Positions 1 through 12,400 of a stretch of 64,000 nucleotides of DNA are shown here, one piece after another (the first letter of the stretch is position 1; the number at the start of each line of letters is the position of its first letter). The stretch comes from Eledone cirrhosa. Lineage: Eukaryota. The notes beneath the pieces are model-generated. The model ran no database searches. It was given only the letters and a program-made list of their open reading frames with translations, and was not told where the DNA came from. Location of the stretch: NCBI GenBank assembly GCA_964016885.1, contig OZ024741.1:335544001-335608000 (forward strand). The letters are read 5' to 3'. Both the position numbers and the translations under genes were made by a program.

Positions 1-1706
1 CTGTAGGTTTGTATGCAATGGTAGTCGGGTCTTCTGTACAACTGCATGGGCCAAAGGTTTCGATCCAGTGTCATTGTCTTAGAGAGATGTAGGTGGGCAA
101 GGTCAGTTTTTATCACTTCATCCCAGGTTTTTCTTGGTCTACCCACTCCACAGCTTCCATCAATTTTCCTTGCCCTGCACTTTTTTATACAGCTGTCGTC
201 CTTCATATGCATTACATGTCCATTACATGTCCATAGCAACGCAATCTCCTCTCCAGAACACAACATTTGATACCTCTTATGCTTAGTTTCCCTCTTAGTT
301 CGTTTATGCTTCACCTTTCATGCACGTTACTATTACACATCCATCAGAGCATGCAAACTTCATTTCTTTCTAATCTATGCAGGTCTTCAGCACACAATGC
401 CCAAGTCTCACTACCATGTGATATCGCTATTCGTATACATGCATCATACAATCTGCCTTTCATTTTTAGAGAAAAATCCCTTGTGGCCAACAGCGGTATT
501 AGCTCTCTGAACTATTTCCATCCCATTCTAACTCTGGCTACTACACTTTCATAGCACCCTCCTCCACTGCTAATTTTGTCACCCAGGTAATGGAAGGTGT
601 CTACTATTTCTATAGAATCATCTGGGCGGTTGAAGGAGATATCATCCAGTGGGTCCTTGCTACTTACTGCACCTGAGCATCGGCCACATATAACATCTAC
701 ATTCTTAGATAGCTTACCTCTGATCCCACTACATCTTTTATGCACCCATATTCTGCATTTGGGACATAGAATGTAGTTTCTGCCCACTTCTTTCTTACAC
801 ACTGAGCATGGCCATTTCCCAAAGGGTACTTGTGCCCTATTCTCCTTTCTGCATACTAGAACCTTAGTCTTAGACAATTTGACTCTAAGACCTTTTGATT
901 CAAGGCCATACTTCCATGTTTGGAACTTCCTCTCTAGTTCAGCCATAGATTCAGCTATGAGAGTTAGATCATCTTCATAGCCAGTCTTAAACCCTTCTGT
1001 TATAGCCTGTAGGACAATTATAAACAGGAGGGGGCTAAGAATGGAGCACTGATGTATCAGTTGATGATGCTGTTGCTACGGCAGTCATTTGGTATGACCT
1101 CATTCTGTATTACTTGGTTTACTATTCGGGTGACTATAGTATGTCCCACCATTCCAGATACCTTCAACATTTCAGCAACTATTCCCAAAGGCCCAGCTGC
1201 CTTACCTGTCTTCATATGTTTGATTGCCTTACTTACTACACTACCATCAACTTGTACAGCTGGTCCTTCTATTGGATCGATGTGGGGCAGACTATCTTTA
1301 TTCCATTCATTCTCCACATTCAGTAGTCTTTCGTAGTGACATTTCCAAGCTACGTTCTTATCACTATCAGTGAGGGCAAGTACACCATCGTCATTATTGA
1401 CACACGTCTCCCCGACAATATCACAGTTCTTGACACAATGCCTTGCAATCCTGAATATCTCATGTCTTTGGTCCTCCCGTTGTAGAATATGCTTGAACTT
1501 ACTATCCTCTGCTTCCCTCTTTGCAAAGTATACTTGTTGTCTAGCTACCTGATAGTGTTCTCTACTACCCCCATCCTGCCATTCTTTCCACGCCTGCTTT
1601 TTGCTCTTGATGGACTCCTACACCTTACTGTTCCACCACTATGTCACTCTCCTCCTGCCTAAAGGTCTGCTCCAGCCACAGATTTCATCAGTCACCTTCA
1701 ACAGGC
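1..1706 (-). mobile_element. RTE-clade LINE, 5'-truncated and internally deleted; same family as 9410-13075
   Basis: ORFs 512..946, 1057..1317 and the end of 1639..1899 align by eye with the 9953..11845 protein (KTGKAAGP, GLRVKLSKTKVL, FHYLGDKISSGGGC, TDEICGWSRP). The YADD motif reads YEDD next to a 16-nt deletion (~980). About 410 nt of the RT are missing at ~1058. Confidence 0.93.
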
Positions 1707-1959
1707 TAGGGATGTGGAGGACGGAATTATGTTGCCATATCTGATATGATAGGAGTGTGGGAGACGGAATTATGTTGGTCTTGGGCTTCTGTAGTTGATA
1801 TGAGGAGCGTTTGCATGCTCGTCCTGAAACGATAGGTGAATTTATCGTTGTTAGTGGTAATATTCCCCAACCCCGTAATCCATTTATCGTAGCAAACACC
1901 TAGGTCTAAGCTAAAGAAGTATCAGCCTTAATAGAGCGATTAGAATTAGCAGCCTTATA

Positions 1960-2080
1960 AAACTGCTGTGTTTTCATTGGTCCAATAATTATGGTGGTGA
2001 GTGGGGGTGGGAGGAAAAAGGTGACTTCCGGAAGACGGACATACTTAACCAGCCTCGACGAAATTATTAATTCTAGCTTG
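1960..2080. promoter_or_regulatory. Candidate Pol II promoter: CCAAT boxes plus an ETS-type palindrome
   Basis: CATTGGTCCAAT (1975-1986) gives CCAAT on both strands. CTTCCGGAAG lies at 2025-2034, with a G-rich tract between them. CpGs are retained across 1720-2070 in otherwise CpG-poor DNA. Confidence 0.35.
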
Positions 2081-2151
2081 TATTTCTAAATGGAAACAGA
2101 CAGGAAATATATTTATATACATACACACACACAAACACACACACAAAGTAC

Positions 2152-2154
<3 letters not shown>

Positions 2155-2238
<84 letters not shown>
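2155..2238. repeat. Compound (CT)n(TA)n microsatellite
   Basis: Read directly from the sequence. Confidence 0.95.
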
Positions 2239-2241
<3 letters not shown>

Positions 2242-3094
2242 CTTTAATTCTGTTGTGTGAGTGTGTTTTATTTATTCAATTTACAAAAAAAGAAAAAAAG
2301 AAAAAAAGAATAAAAGAAAAAAAGAAAAAAAGAAACATATGAGATAAAACATTTTACTTGTTTTTTTAAATTCACTTTTTCAAGAATGATTCTTAAGATT
2401 TTAAAGTAATTGCTGTCATTGAATTCATTTTGCTAAATTTTTTCTTTTCTTTTGTTTGCTAACTTGTCTGAATAAAAATTCTAAGTTAGGTTTTAAATAT
2501 TTCTTGGTTTAGTTAAGTATATGTTTTGAGTAATTTCATTTTGTAGAATCTTACGAGATGCCTACGTAAATTACAAACTTACAAACAATGAACACAAATA
2601 AGACAGTATGATAGTATAAGTGTCTAACATAGCCAATTGAAATTATATATATAACTATAATTTAGGAAGAGTAGCTCACAATAAAGTTAGTTTTAGGATG
2701 TATAAATTACATAGATATAGTTAAATTGAGGTGAGATGTCAAAACAACATACTAAAGAATACACTGAACTGAACAATATTATTTCAGCATCTTTAAATTA
2801 TACCTTCGATAGAAGCTGACAAGAGAAACAATTGATACTTAGCTGCATATATATTGTTGCTTTTTTTTTGTTTAAGACAGAAAAAAAAAAGATTCACCTT
2901 TGTAGTGTAGTTATTATAATTTGAAATGTTCTCGTATCATTGCTTGTCAAATACGAAATACAGATTTCCAAAACATCTTTAGTGTCTATAAATTCCTTAT
3001 TAAAATGTCATATATATTTAGATATATCAACTAAGACAATATTGCTTTAATATATATGCTTTATATTTGTTCTTTTGCTAACATATGCCCTTAT

Positions 3095-3440
3095 AGGTGG
3101 CATTAGAACATCGGATAGAATGCTTTGTGATATTCATTTTGGTTCTCTGCTCTCTGAGTTCAAACCGTGCCAAGGTCAGCTTTGTCTTTCATCCATTCGA
3201 AGTTGATAAAAAATGACCAATTTAGTACTGGGGTCGATTCTTCCTCTATATCTCTTTCTCACTTCCATTCTCTCACCCCCACTTTCTTTCTTTCTCTGGA
3301 GGAAATCTACTGTAGTAAGACTAGGAGAGGAGATGGGCTTTACTCGGTTTAAAAGTGCCCTAGAAACATTGTATGTCAATATGGCACCTGTACAACTCCC
3401 TCGGGAGTTACAGGTCCATACATACATACATGCATGCACA
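3095..3440 (+). mobile_element. tRNA-derived SINE, long-tailed subfamily ending in (CATA)n
   Basis: B-box-like GAGTTCAAAC, central CTTTCATCCATTCGAAGTTGATAAAA motif, tail GGTCCATACATACATA. Related copies lie at ~7240-7590 (-), ~21250-21890 (-), ~36780-37610 (+) and ~44510-44860 (+). Confidence 0.75.
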
Positions 3441-4259
3441 TATCCTAATAATTGAACAGTATATTTTATTCATAATGCGAGTTTGTTCTTATGCTCTAAC
3501 CGTGTTTGTTTCAGTTGTTGCTTGTATTTCATAATTATCTTTTTCCTTGTTAGTTGTGGCTGGATTGTATTTAATCTATTTAATCTGAACTGGAGTTAGG
3601 CATAACCTTCCATTTCTGATTGGTTACTTGACAAAAAGACCTCACTTTCTGCAAATACAAGCTTAAAATTTGCAGTAATAACTCGAAATTACTGACAGCT
3701 AGCCATATATCTAATGCTTAATTACTGTTCTTTGATGGCTTCAACCATTCTATTGTGGCATTGTTACTGTAAATAGCTCGTTGATATCACTTTGAATAAA
3801 TCAACTTATTTAATTAGGTAAATCTAGATTAAATAGATGATATTTTCTCATTTTAAGTCCAACATGAGAGATAATCTTAAGCATTAGACTTAGCCTTGGT
3901 GAATTCTACTGCGTATTCACATGTAAAATTGTGTAGCCTACATGTATGCTCAGTTGAAACCAAAGTCTTAAAGACACAAGAGGCGCCTTTGCTCATTTTT
4001 TTCTATCTGCTTCTGTTCATTTATCATTGCACATATCAGGCTGGAAGCTTCAAACAGGAAGAATTATATCAGATATACATAGATATCTGAAAATATAATT
4101 GCCAAAATGCAGATAACTAAAATAATAGTTAACTATAAATAGTTAAATAAATTGGATAAAGGACTCCTGGAGACACAAAAAAGTGAACAGATGTCTGTCA
4201 TTTTTTTTCAAACTCCAGGGGTACTTTGTCTTATTCAACTATTATTATAGCTATCTGCA

Positions 4260-4480
4260 AGGGCAGTGGATTGGCAGAGTCGTTAGAGCATCAGACAAAT
4301 GCCTAGCAGTATTTGTTCTGGCTCTTAATGTTCTGAGTTCAAATCCTGCCAAGGTCAGCTTTGCCTGTCATCCTTATGAAGTCGGTAAAATAAGCATCAG
4401 TAACACACTGGGGTTGATTTAATCGACTTGCCCCTTCACTTCAAATTGCTGGCTTTGTGCCAAATGTAGAAACAATTATA
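4260..4480 (+). mobile_element. tRNA-derived SINE, short-tailed family, with target-site duplication
   Basis: A-box-like TGGCAGAGTCG, B box GAGTTCAAATCC, core GCCTGTCATCCTTATGAAGTCGGTAAAATAAG. Flanked by TTATAGCTATCTGCA / TTATAGTTATCTGCA. Confidence 0.85.
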
Positions 4481-4924
4481 GTTATCTGCATTGTGGCAAC
4501 TATATTTTTAAATATTAAAAAATTATGTAGGTAGGAAGTAAATTGCTAATAGCTGTTAGGAAGAAAGTCAGCTTTTATTTTCTTAATCTTTAATTAGGGT
4601 CACTGCCTGGTATTCAATGTCCCCTTCCTTTTAATAAATATGGTGAAGTTGAAATCGAAGATTTTGCTGCTATTTTCAGCAGGTCAAGCTATTGAGTAAT
4701 GGCTCCCTCATTGGTTGGAAATGTATATAAAACTTATTTGAAGTATTTGTCAGATATCTATATTTATAGAAGAATGATTAGAGTTCATACACCATTGCAC
4801 AAAGGTTATATTTTCTAACACCTATCTCTATTTGATAAGATTTGAAAGATCTGTAGAAAGTTCCAACTGTTACTAATAAAATAAGACATTCCCTTCCCAT
4901 ATAAAAGGTGTGTGTGTGCATACA

Positions 4925-5110
4925 TGGCATGTGGCTTAGTGGTTAGAGGGTTGGATTCACATCATGAGATTATGAGTTTGATTCCCAGACTGGATGATGC
5001 GTTGGTTTCTTGAGCAAGACACTATATTTCACTCAGCTGTAGAAATGAGTTGCACCATCACTCGTGCCAAACTGTATCAATCTTTACCTTTCCCTTGGAC
5101 AGCATTGCTG
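4925..5110 (+). mobile_element. Second tRNA-derived SINE family (CTTGAGCAAGACACT core)
   Basis: TGGCTTAGTGGTTAG A box, GAGTTTGATTCCC B box, then TTGAGCAAGACACTATATTTCAC...CAGCTGTAGAAATGAG. Other copies at ~17080-17180 (-), 25803-26060 (+), 38420-38700 (-), 42790-42930 (-), 45480-45750 (+) and 52400-52530 (-). Confidence 0.8.
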
Positions 5111-5116
5111 GTGTGA

Positions 5117-5147
<31 letters not shown>

Positions 5148-6167
5148 CTGGTATGCATGGATGGCTGCTGGTCTTCTCAATTCACCCCTTGCCTGGTCTT
5201 GTGCCTGGGAGGGGAACTTTCTTGGTGCAATGTCATGGTTACTAAAGCTAGATGCCTTTCCATTTTACCAAATATACTAGGTGCATTTTCTCATGGCACC
5301 AACACTACAATTTTATGTGGACTGCTCATGAAATTAATGTGCAACTGATTGAATATTCGACAGCATGACACAGTGTGTGACAAAGCTAGTCATTTGAATT
5401 ACAGGTACAATAGTCCATCCGACAAGCTTCCAATCAGTTTCCATCTACTCATTTCATCTCACAAGGCATGGGTCACCCTAAAGCTAAGGTAAATTACACT
5501 TTCCTAAGATGCCATAAATTGGATCAGACCCAGGAAATAAAGATTGTAAAGCCAACCTTTTAACCATTTGGTCATATTGTGCCTTGATATATTATATATG
5601 AGAAATGTAACATAACTTTGGGGTAAAATATAAGCAGTTAAGTAATATAGATTATACAAAGCATTGTGAGATATGTAATAAATGATTAAGTTTCAGAAGG
5701 CTGGTACAATGCAGTAGAAATATATATGAGAAATGTAATATACTAGACTCACTACTACTAAATTCATTCACTTCTTTGTGGTGACATGATAAAACCTTTC
5801 CATCTCACATGATCCAACATTAATTGCCTCAGACCTTCACCGGATAATTCTGTATCTTCCTTAATGATTCTCTTTAATGTCTGCAGTAAAAGTTTTGTAG
5901 CAACATAACTTTGGGGTAAAATATAATCAGTAAAGATTGAAGAGTTATATTATAGTAAAAACATGCGTGTGTGTGTGGGGGGGGGGGGGGGGGGGGTTAG
6001 ATGTATGTAAACATTTAGACTGACTTGAAATATTGTAAAGGTTTCAATTATTGCTTTCTAGAAATAACAAGGAAGCTATGCTACTTGATTGTTCTGAGAC
6101 TCTGAGAGGAGATGTCAACTTGCTGTTTTGGGACGTGTCTTTCATAATGACATTATGTTTAGTATCT

Positions 6168-6360
6168 AGGGCAGTGGATTGGCAGTATCGGTAAAGAGTC
6201 GGATGCCATGCTTTGCAGCAAAGAGTTACGGCCCTTTATGGTCTGAGTTAAAATCCCGCCGAGGTTAACTTTGCCGTTTATCCTTACGGGGTCGATAAAA
6301 TAAAGTACCAGTAATATACTGGGATAATTGCTGGCCTTGTGCTAAAAGTAGAAACAATTA
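6168..6360 (+). mobile_element. tRNA-derived SINE, young short-tailed family, with TSD
   Basis: GGCAGTGGATTGGCAGTATCGG head, TTATCCTTACGGGGTCGATAAAATAAAGTACCAG core (resembles the Meta-SINE domain from memory; not aligned), tail GTAGAAACAATT. Flanked by ATTATGTTTAGTATCTA / ATTATGTGTAGTATCTA. Confidence 0.88.
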
Positions 6361-7926
6361 TGTGTAGTATCTATATTTTTCTCTTGAAGACCATGGGAAT
6401 ATGTGTTTTTGGTTCATGTATGTGAAACAGTTAACAATTCTATTGCCTCTTATGGCTCCTATTGCTTCTAGCATGTTACTGTTTACCTGTAATACTTATT
6501 TACAGGTATGTGAAGTTATGGAAATAAATATTTGTACTTGGTTCTTCATGTATGTAAAACACTTAATCATATTGCCTCATATTGTTCTTACAGCTTACAG
6601 TCTGGGCCATATTTAGACCTTGGGGCACCCAGAGCAGTTCCAGGGAAGTTTGGATTTTGGAGTTCCAATATAGTTCAGGTTTGGGGCGGGGGGGCAGTTA
6701 TGTTTCTTCTTTTTTTGGAGGGGAGCAGGGCAGGTCAGGTTTGGTAAGGCCCAGGGCAGTTCAGGTATTTTTTTGTGGCCCCAGGGTTTTTCTTAGAAGG
6801 GACACTCTTTGGCAAGAGATGCCCAGCACATTTACTCCCTCTCATTCTGATAAAAGCAGCTCTGCTTACAGTATATTTCTGTCTCCCAGTAATATCTGTA
6901 ATACTTATTTGCAGCTATGTGAGGTTATGGAGATATGTGTACTCTGTTTAACATGCAGAGGAAGCTTTTACCAATTATATTGTCTCAAAAGTGGAGGATT
7001 GAGCAGTATTAGCAGGGAGTCAAACAAAATACTTTCATCATCATCATCGTTTAACATTGATGATGATGAAGAAAGCAATTTGTCTAAAATTAAGACATTC
7101 TACATTCTGAAGTCAACTTTGCCTTCCATTGTTCCAGGCTTGAGAAAATAAAATACCAGTTAAACACTAGGGTTGATATAATTGACTTTCCCTTTTCCCC
7201 CAAATTGCTGGCCTTGTGCCAATGTAGATTGTATTATTTGGACCCATAATTCCTGAGAGAGTCGTTGGGGCACTGCATTGACATACAGAATTTCTAGGGC
7301 ATTATTTAAATCTGATGCAGCCTGATTATTTAAATCTGATGTCATCTCCAGGTCTGAATACAGCAGATTTCTTACAGAGAAGGAGAGAGAATGAGAGATA
7401 GGAAGTGAGAAGGAGATATGGCGGAATAATCGACCCCAATACTAGACTGGTACTTTTTTTTATCGACCTCGAATGGATGAAAGGCAAAGATTACCTTGGA
7501 AGGATTTGAAATGTGAGAAGACAGCCAGAATGAATCCTGCAAAGCATTCTCTCTGATGTTCTAATGAATCCTCCAATCTGCTGCCTGAAAGTTAGATAGA
7601 AAAAATTATATTGTCTTTAATAGTTTCTACTGTCTCCATGTAATACCTGTTTACATCTCTGTGGACTGCGCCAGTGGGAGAGTCTTTGCCAGCAACATAA
7701 CATAATGTTTGATGTTTTCCAACATGAAACCTGGTAAACTTGCATATTAATGACTTAGTAAGCTATGTCATTGCAGGTTGTAGAGCTATAATTAAGAGAA
7801 TTAGATGGAGATAAGGAATGATATTATACTGGAGAGTTATAGATAGAGATAGAAATAAGTAGATAGACATATATATATGTCTCTATGATAGCATGGAAAG
7901 TGGACGTTAAACGGGGATGATGATTA

Positions 7927-8027
<101 letters not shown>

Positions 8028-8247
8028 CGTTTCTGAATTTGTTTAGCAAGATTCTTTGAACATATGAACAACCGTCCGGTTATGGAACCAGCCAACCAAC
8101 TGGAAATTTATAAATTCTTAAATTTATAAATTTAATTTATTATAAATTGCCGTGAAAGCAACTGGTGCGTGTGTTTCTTATTGGCAACATGACCCTCCCA
8201 AGGCATAACAATATATATATATATATATATACACACATACATATATG

Positions 8248-8297
<50 letters not shown>

Positions 8298-8654
8298 CAT
8301 ATACAGATATACAGAGAGTCAGCAAGCAATTGGGGGTAAAGTTGGTTGAGAAGGAAACACCAGACAGTAATGCTAGAACTACCATGCATAGAAGGAGCAG
8401 CCCAAGAGAAGCAATTTTGTAGCCATATATCTATCGCAGACTGGCATAGCAAATATACATAAAGCATGAATGATTTCAGATAAAATAGTTGTGTAAATAG
8501 ATATTTGTTTGTTAAGTGTTTTATTATTTGTCCTGATTTTTGTTGCGACCCTTAGAACTTTAGCGTGCTGCTTCCAAATCATGTCGTAAACACAACCTAG
8601 CAGATTATTATTAATGCATACTTTATTTTCAATATGTTTTATTATTTCGGCTTA

Positions 8655-8676
8655 TCTGCTGCTGTCGCTGCTGCTG

Positions 8677-8754
<78 letters not shown>

Positions 8755-8845
8755 GTAGTAGTAGTAGTAGTAGTAGTAGTAACAGTTGCAGTAGTAGTGG
8801 TGGTATGAGTAGTAGTAGTAGTAGTAACAGTGGTGGTAGTGGTAG
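8655..8845. repeat. (CTG)n(CTA)n(GTA)n trinucleotide microsatellite
   Basis: Read directly; explains the poly-L/T/S/V ORFs in the track. Confidence 0.95.
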
Positions 8846-9295
8846 GTTCATTTATTAGTTTTAATAATATCTCATTTCTCCTGTCAACTTCATTACCATT
8901 GTATAGTATTTAATAATGGATTATGTACATATACACAAAGGTTTAGAATTTATATGATTGGGACCTTATTCATCATCTGGTGTGTTAAATTGATCAGTAA
9001 ATATGCCTGCTGCTGCTGTTGCCTGCTGTCTCCTAATATCCCTGAAACAATATCAAAACTGTTCTTATCCATTATCAATATAATTACTTTTATACATGAC
9101 TTTAGTTTCACTGTTATTGCTCCGATAATAGTAGTAGTAGGAGTCGATTGGTTCCAGTTTGACTGATATATATATATATTGCATACACACATATATATAT
9201 AGTGTAAGGCATGTGTCACCACCCCACTCTCAAGAGCGTGAAACTAATAAACCTTTGTTCGTACTGCCTCTCTGTTTTGTTCCCGTTCAATTTTT

Positions 9296-9350
<55 letters not shown>

Positions 9351-9353
9351 TAC

Positions 9354-9402
<49 letters not shown>

Positions 9403-9409
9403 TATATAT

Positions 9410-12400
9410 ATCATCATCATCATCATCATCATCGTTTAACGTCCATGTTCCACGCATGCATGGGTTTGGACGGGAGTTTTCCCACTTGAGGCAAGAGTGG
9501 TTGTCTTGCTCGCATAGGACTGTCTGGCAGGTTTTCTACAGCTGGATGCCCTTCCTAACACCAGCCACATTTACAGTGTGGGGCTGGGAGGTTTTTACCG
9601 TGTTGCCTACACGGCCACATTACAGCGTGGACTGTGTGTTTTTTGTCGTGACACCTACACGATCTCATTTGTTTCGGCCTGGATGTTGTGGCACCAACAT
9701 AACTTTGCATTGAAAGGGGCGGTGTGGATGGGGTGGGGGTGGTGGGACGGGGGTGTATTTTGTTAGAGATGCCTACTGACTGTAGTAGGTTTTACTTTGT
9801 ATTTAGGTAAGGCGGGTCTTCTCTATTACTGAGTACTGCCAAAGGTCTTGGTCCAGTGACATTGTCTTGGTGAGGTGTAACTGTGTGAGGTCGGAGTTTA
9901 TCAGCTCGTCCCAGGTTTTTCTGGGTCTGCCTATTCCGTGGCTACCGTCTATCTATATTGCCCTGCACTTTGTTATACAGCTATCGTCCTTCATGCGCAT
10001 CACGTGACCATACCAACGTAGCCTTCTCTCTAGTAAACAACATCTGATCCCTCTTATTTCTAATTTTTTCCTTAGTTCGTTTATGCTTTGTCGTTCACGT
10101 ATATTACTATTACACATCCAGCGGAGCATGCAAGCTTCGTTTCTCTCTAGTCTGCGTATATCCTCTGCACACAATGCCCAGGTCTCACTGCCATGCAACA
10201 TTGCTGTTCGTATGCAGGCATCGTACAACCTGCCTTTCATTTTTAGGGAGAACCCTTTAGCGGCTAATAGTGGTATAAGCTCTCTGAACTTTTTCCACCC
10301 AGTTCTGACTCTAGCTACTGTACTTTCAGAGCACCCTCCCCCACTGCTGATTTTGTCACCCAGGTAACGGAAGCTGTCCACTATTTCTATAGAACCCTCT
10401 GCGCAGTTGAAAGAGCTAGTATTTTGTGGGCACTTGCTGCTACTTATTGCCCCAGAACACCGGCCACATGTAAAATCTATGTTCTTAGCTAGCTTACCTG
10501 TGATCCCACTACATCTTTTATGAACCCAAACTTTGCATTTGGGACACAAAATGGAATTTATACCTACGCCTTTCCTACACTCTGTGCATGGCCACTTCCC
10601 GGAGGGGACCGCCGCCTTATTTTCTTTCTTACAAACTAGAACTTTAGTCTTAGCCAGGTTAATTTTAAGGCCTTTTGATTCTAGCCCATGCTTCCAAGTT
10701 TGGAATTTCTTCTCTAGCTCGGCCATTGATTCAGCTATGAGCGTTAGATCATCTGCGTATAGGAGTTCCCATGGGCAGCCGGTCTTGAACTCCTCTGTTA
10801 TAGCCTGAAGGGCAATAATAAATAGTAGGGGGCTAAGAACAGAGCCCTGATGAACACCAACTTTTACACTAAACTCTTCACTATATTCGTTGTTAATTCT
10901 AACCTTGCTGACTGTTGCTTTATACATGGCTTGTATAGCTCTCACAAGCCATTCATCGACACCTAGTTTTCTAAGAGCCCACCAGATAATGGAACGGGGG
11001 ACTCTGTCGAAGGCCTTCTCCAAGTCGACGAAAGCTAAGTATAGGGGTTTACTTTTAGCTAGGTACTTCTCCTGTAGTTGTCGTACAATGAAAAGAGCGT
11101 CTGTGGTACTTTTTTCTGACTCAAACCCGAACTGCATTTCATCTAGATCAATTCGCTCTCTGATTAGTTGCGCTATTACTTTTTCCGTGACCTTCATGAC
11201 CTGGTCGATTAATTTAATGCCTCTATAGTTACTCCTATCTAGGGCATCTCCTTTACCCTTATAACAGTTAACGATAATGCTGCTACGCCAGTCCTTCGGA
11301 ACAACCCCATTCTGTATGACTTGGTTGACTATCCGGGTGACCATGGTGTGTCCCACCGTACCAGATGCCTTCAGCATCTCGGCAACTATTTCCGAAGGCC
11401 CAGCCGCCTTGCCTGTCTTCATATCTTTGATTGCCTTACTTATTTTACTACCCTCGACTAACACTGCTGGTCCCTCTATTGGGTCGATGTGGGGGAGACT
11501 GTCTTTCTCCCATTTATTCTCCTCATTGAGTAGCCTTTCATAGTGACACTTCCAAGCTACCTTCTTATCGGCGTCGGTGATGGCAAGTACGCCGTCATCG
11601 TTAAGTACACACTTCTCCCCGACAATATCACTGTTTTCCTTGACACATTGCCTGGCAATCCTGAACACCTCACGTTTTTGGTCCTCACGTTGTAGAACAT
11701 GCTTGAACTTTCTTTCCTCTGCTTCCCTTCTTGCGAAGTACACTTGTCTCCTAGCTTCCCTCCTGGCCACTTGATAGTCTTCTCTGCTTCCCCCATCCCG
11801 CCATACTTTCCAAGCCTGCTTTTTGGCCTTAATTGACCCCTCCACCTTACTGTTCCACCACCATGTTACTCTCCTCCTGCCTACAGGCCTGCTCCAGCCA
11901 CAGACTTCGTCTGTCGCCGTCAGGAGGTTTGCTTTCAGGAATTCCCACTGTTCCTCTACCTTGTACGACTCTATTTGCTCTTCCTTACTGTCGAAAGCAT
12001 CAAGTAATATGCTTTGGAATTTATTTTTGGCTATGGGGTCCTTTAGCTTTCATATTTTTCTCCTGAGGGTAGTCCTCTTCTGTTGCCTAGTACGTCTCGT
12101 CCTGACTATTAGGTCGCTAATTATCAGTCTATGTTGGGAGGTGCATTCTTCATGGGGGAGGGATTTAGTGTTTACAACAGTCACTTTGTCACGTCTTCTG
12201 GTAAGGATATAATCTACCTGGCTGGTATGTTCCCCTGATCTGTAGGTGATCAAGTGATTGTCTCGTTTTTTGAAGTTAGTGTTGCAGATAGTTAGGTTAT
12301 TTGCGTCACAGAATTCCAGGATTCTGGAGCCTTCCTCATTTCTAGTACCAAACCCATAGCCTCCATGGATTTCGTCGTAGCCGTCACAATGTTGTCCAAC

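Noticed and set aside
6582-7151. 189-aa ORF
   Set aside because: It crosses repeat remnants and a (CAT)/(GAT) tract, with no recognisable motif.
8954-9166. Hydrophobic 70-aa ORF with a Cys run
   Set aside because: The Cys run comes from a short (TGC)n tract, and there is no splice or homology support.
10083-12212. Plus-strand ORFs overlapping the RTE (likewise over the CRE)
   Set aside because: They are antisense shadows of the retrotransposon coding frames.
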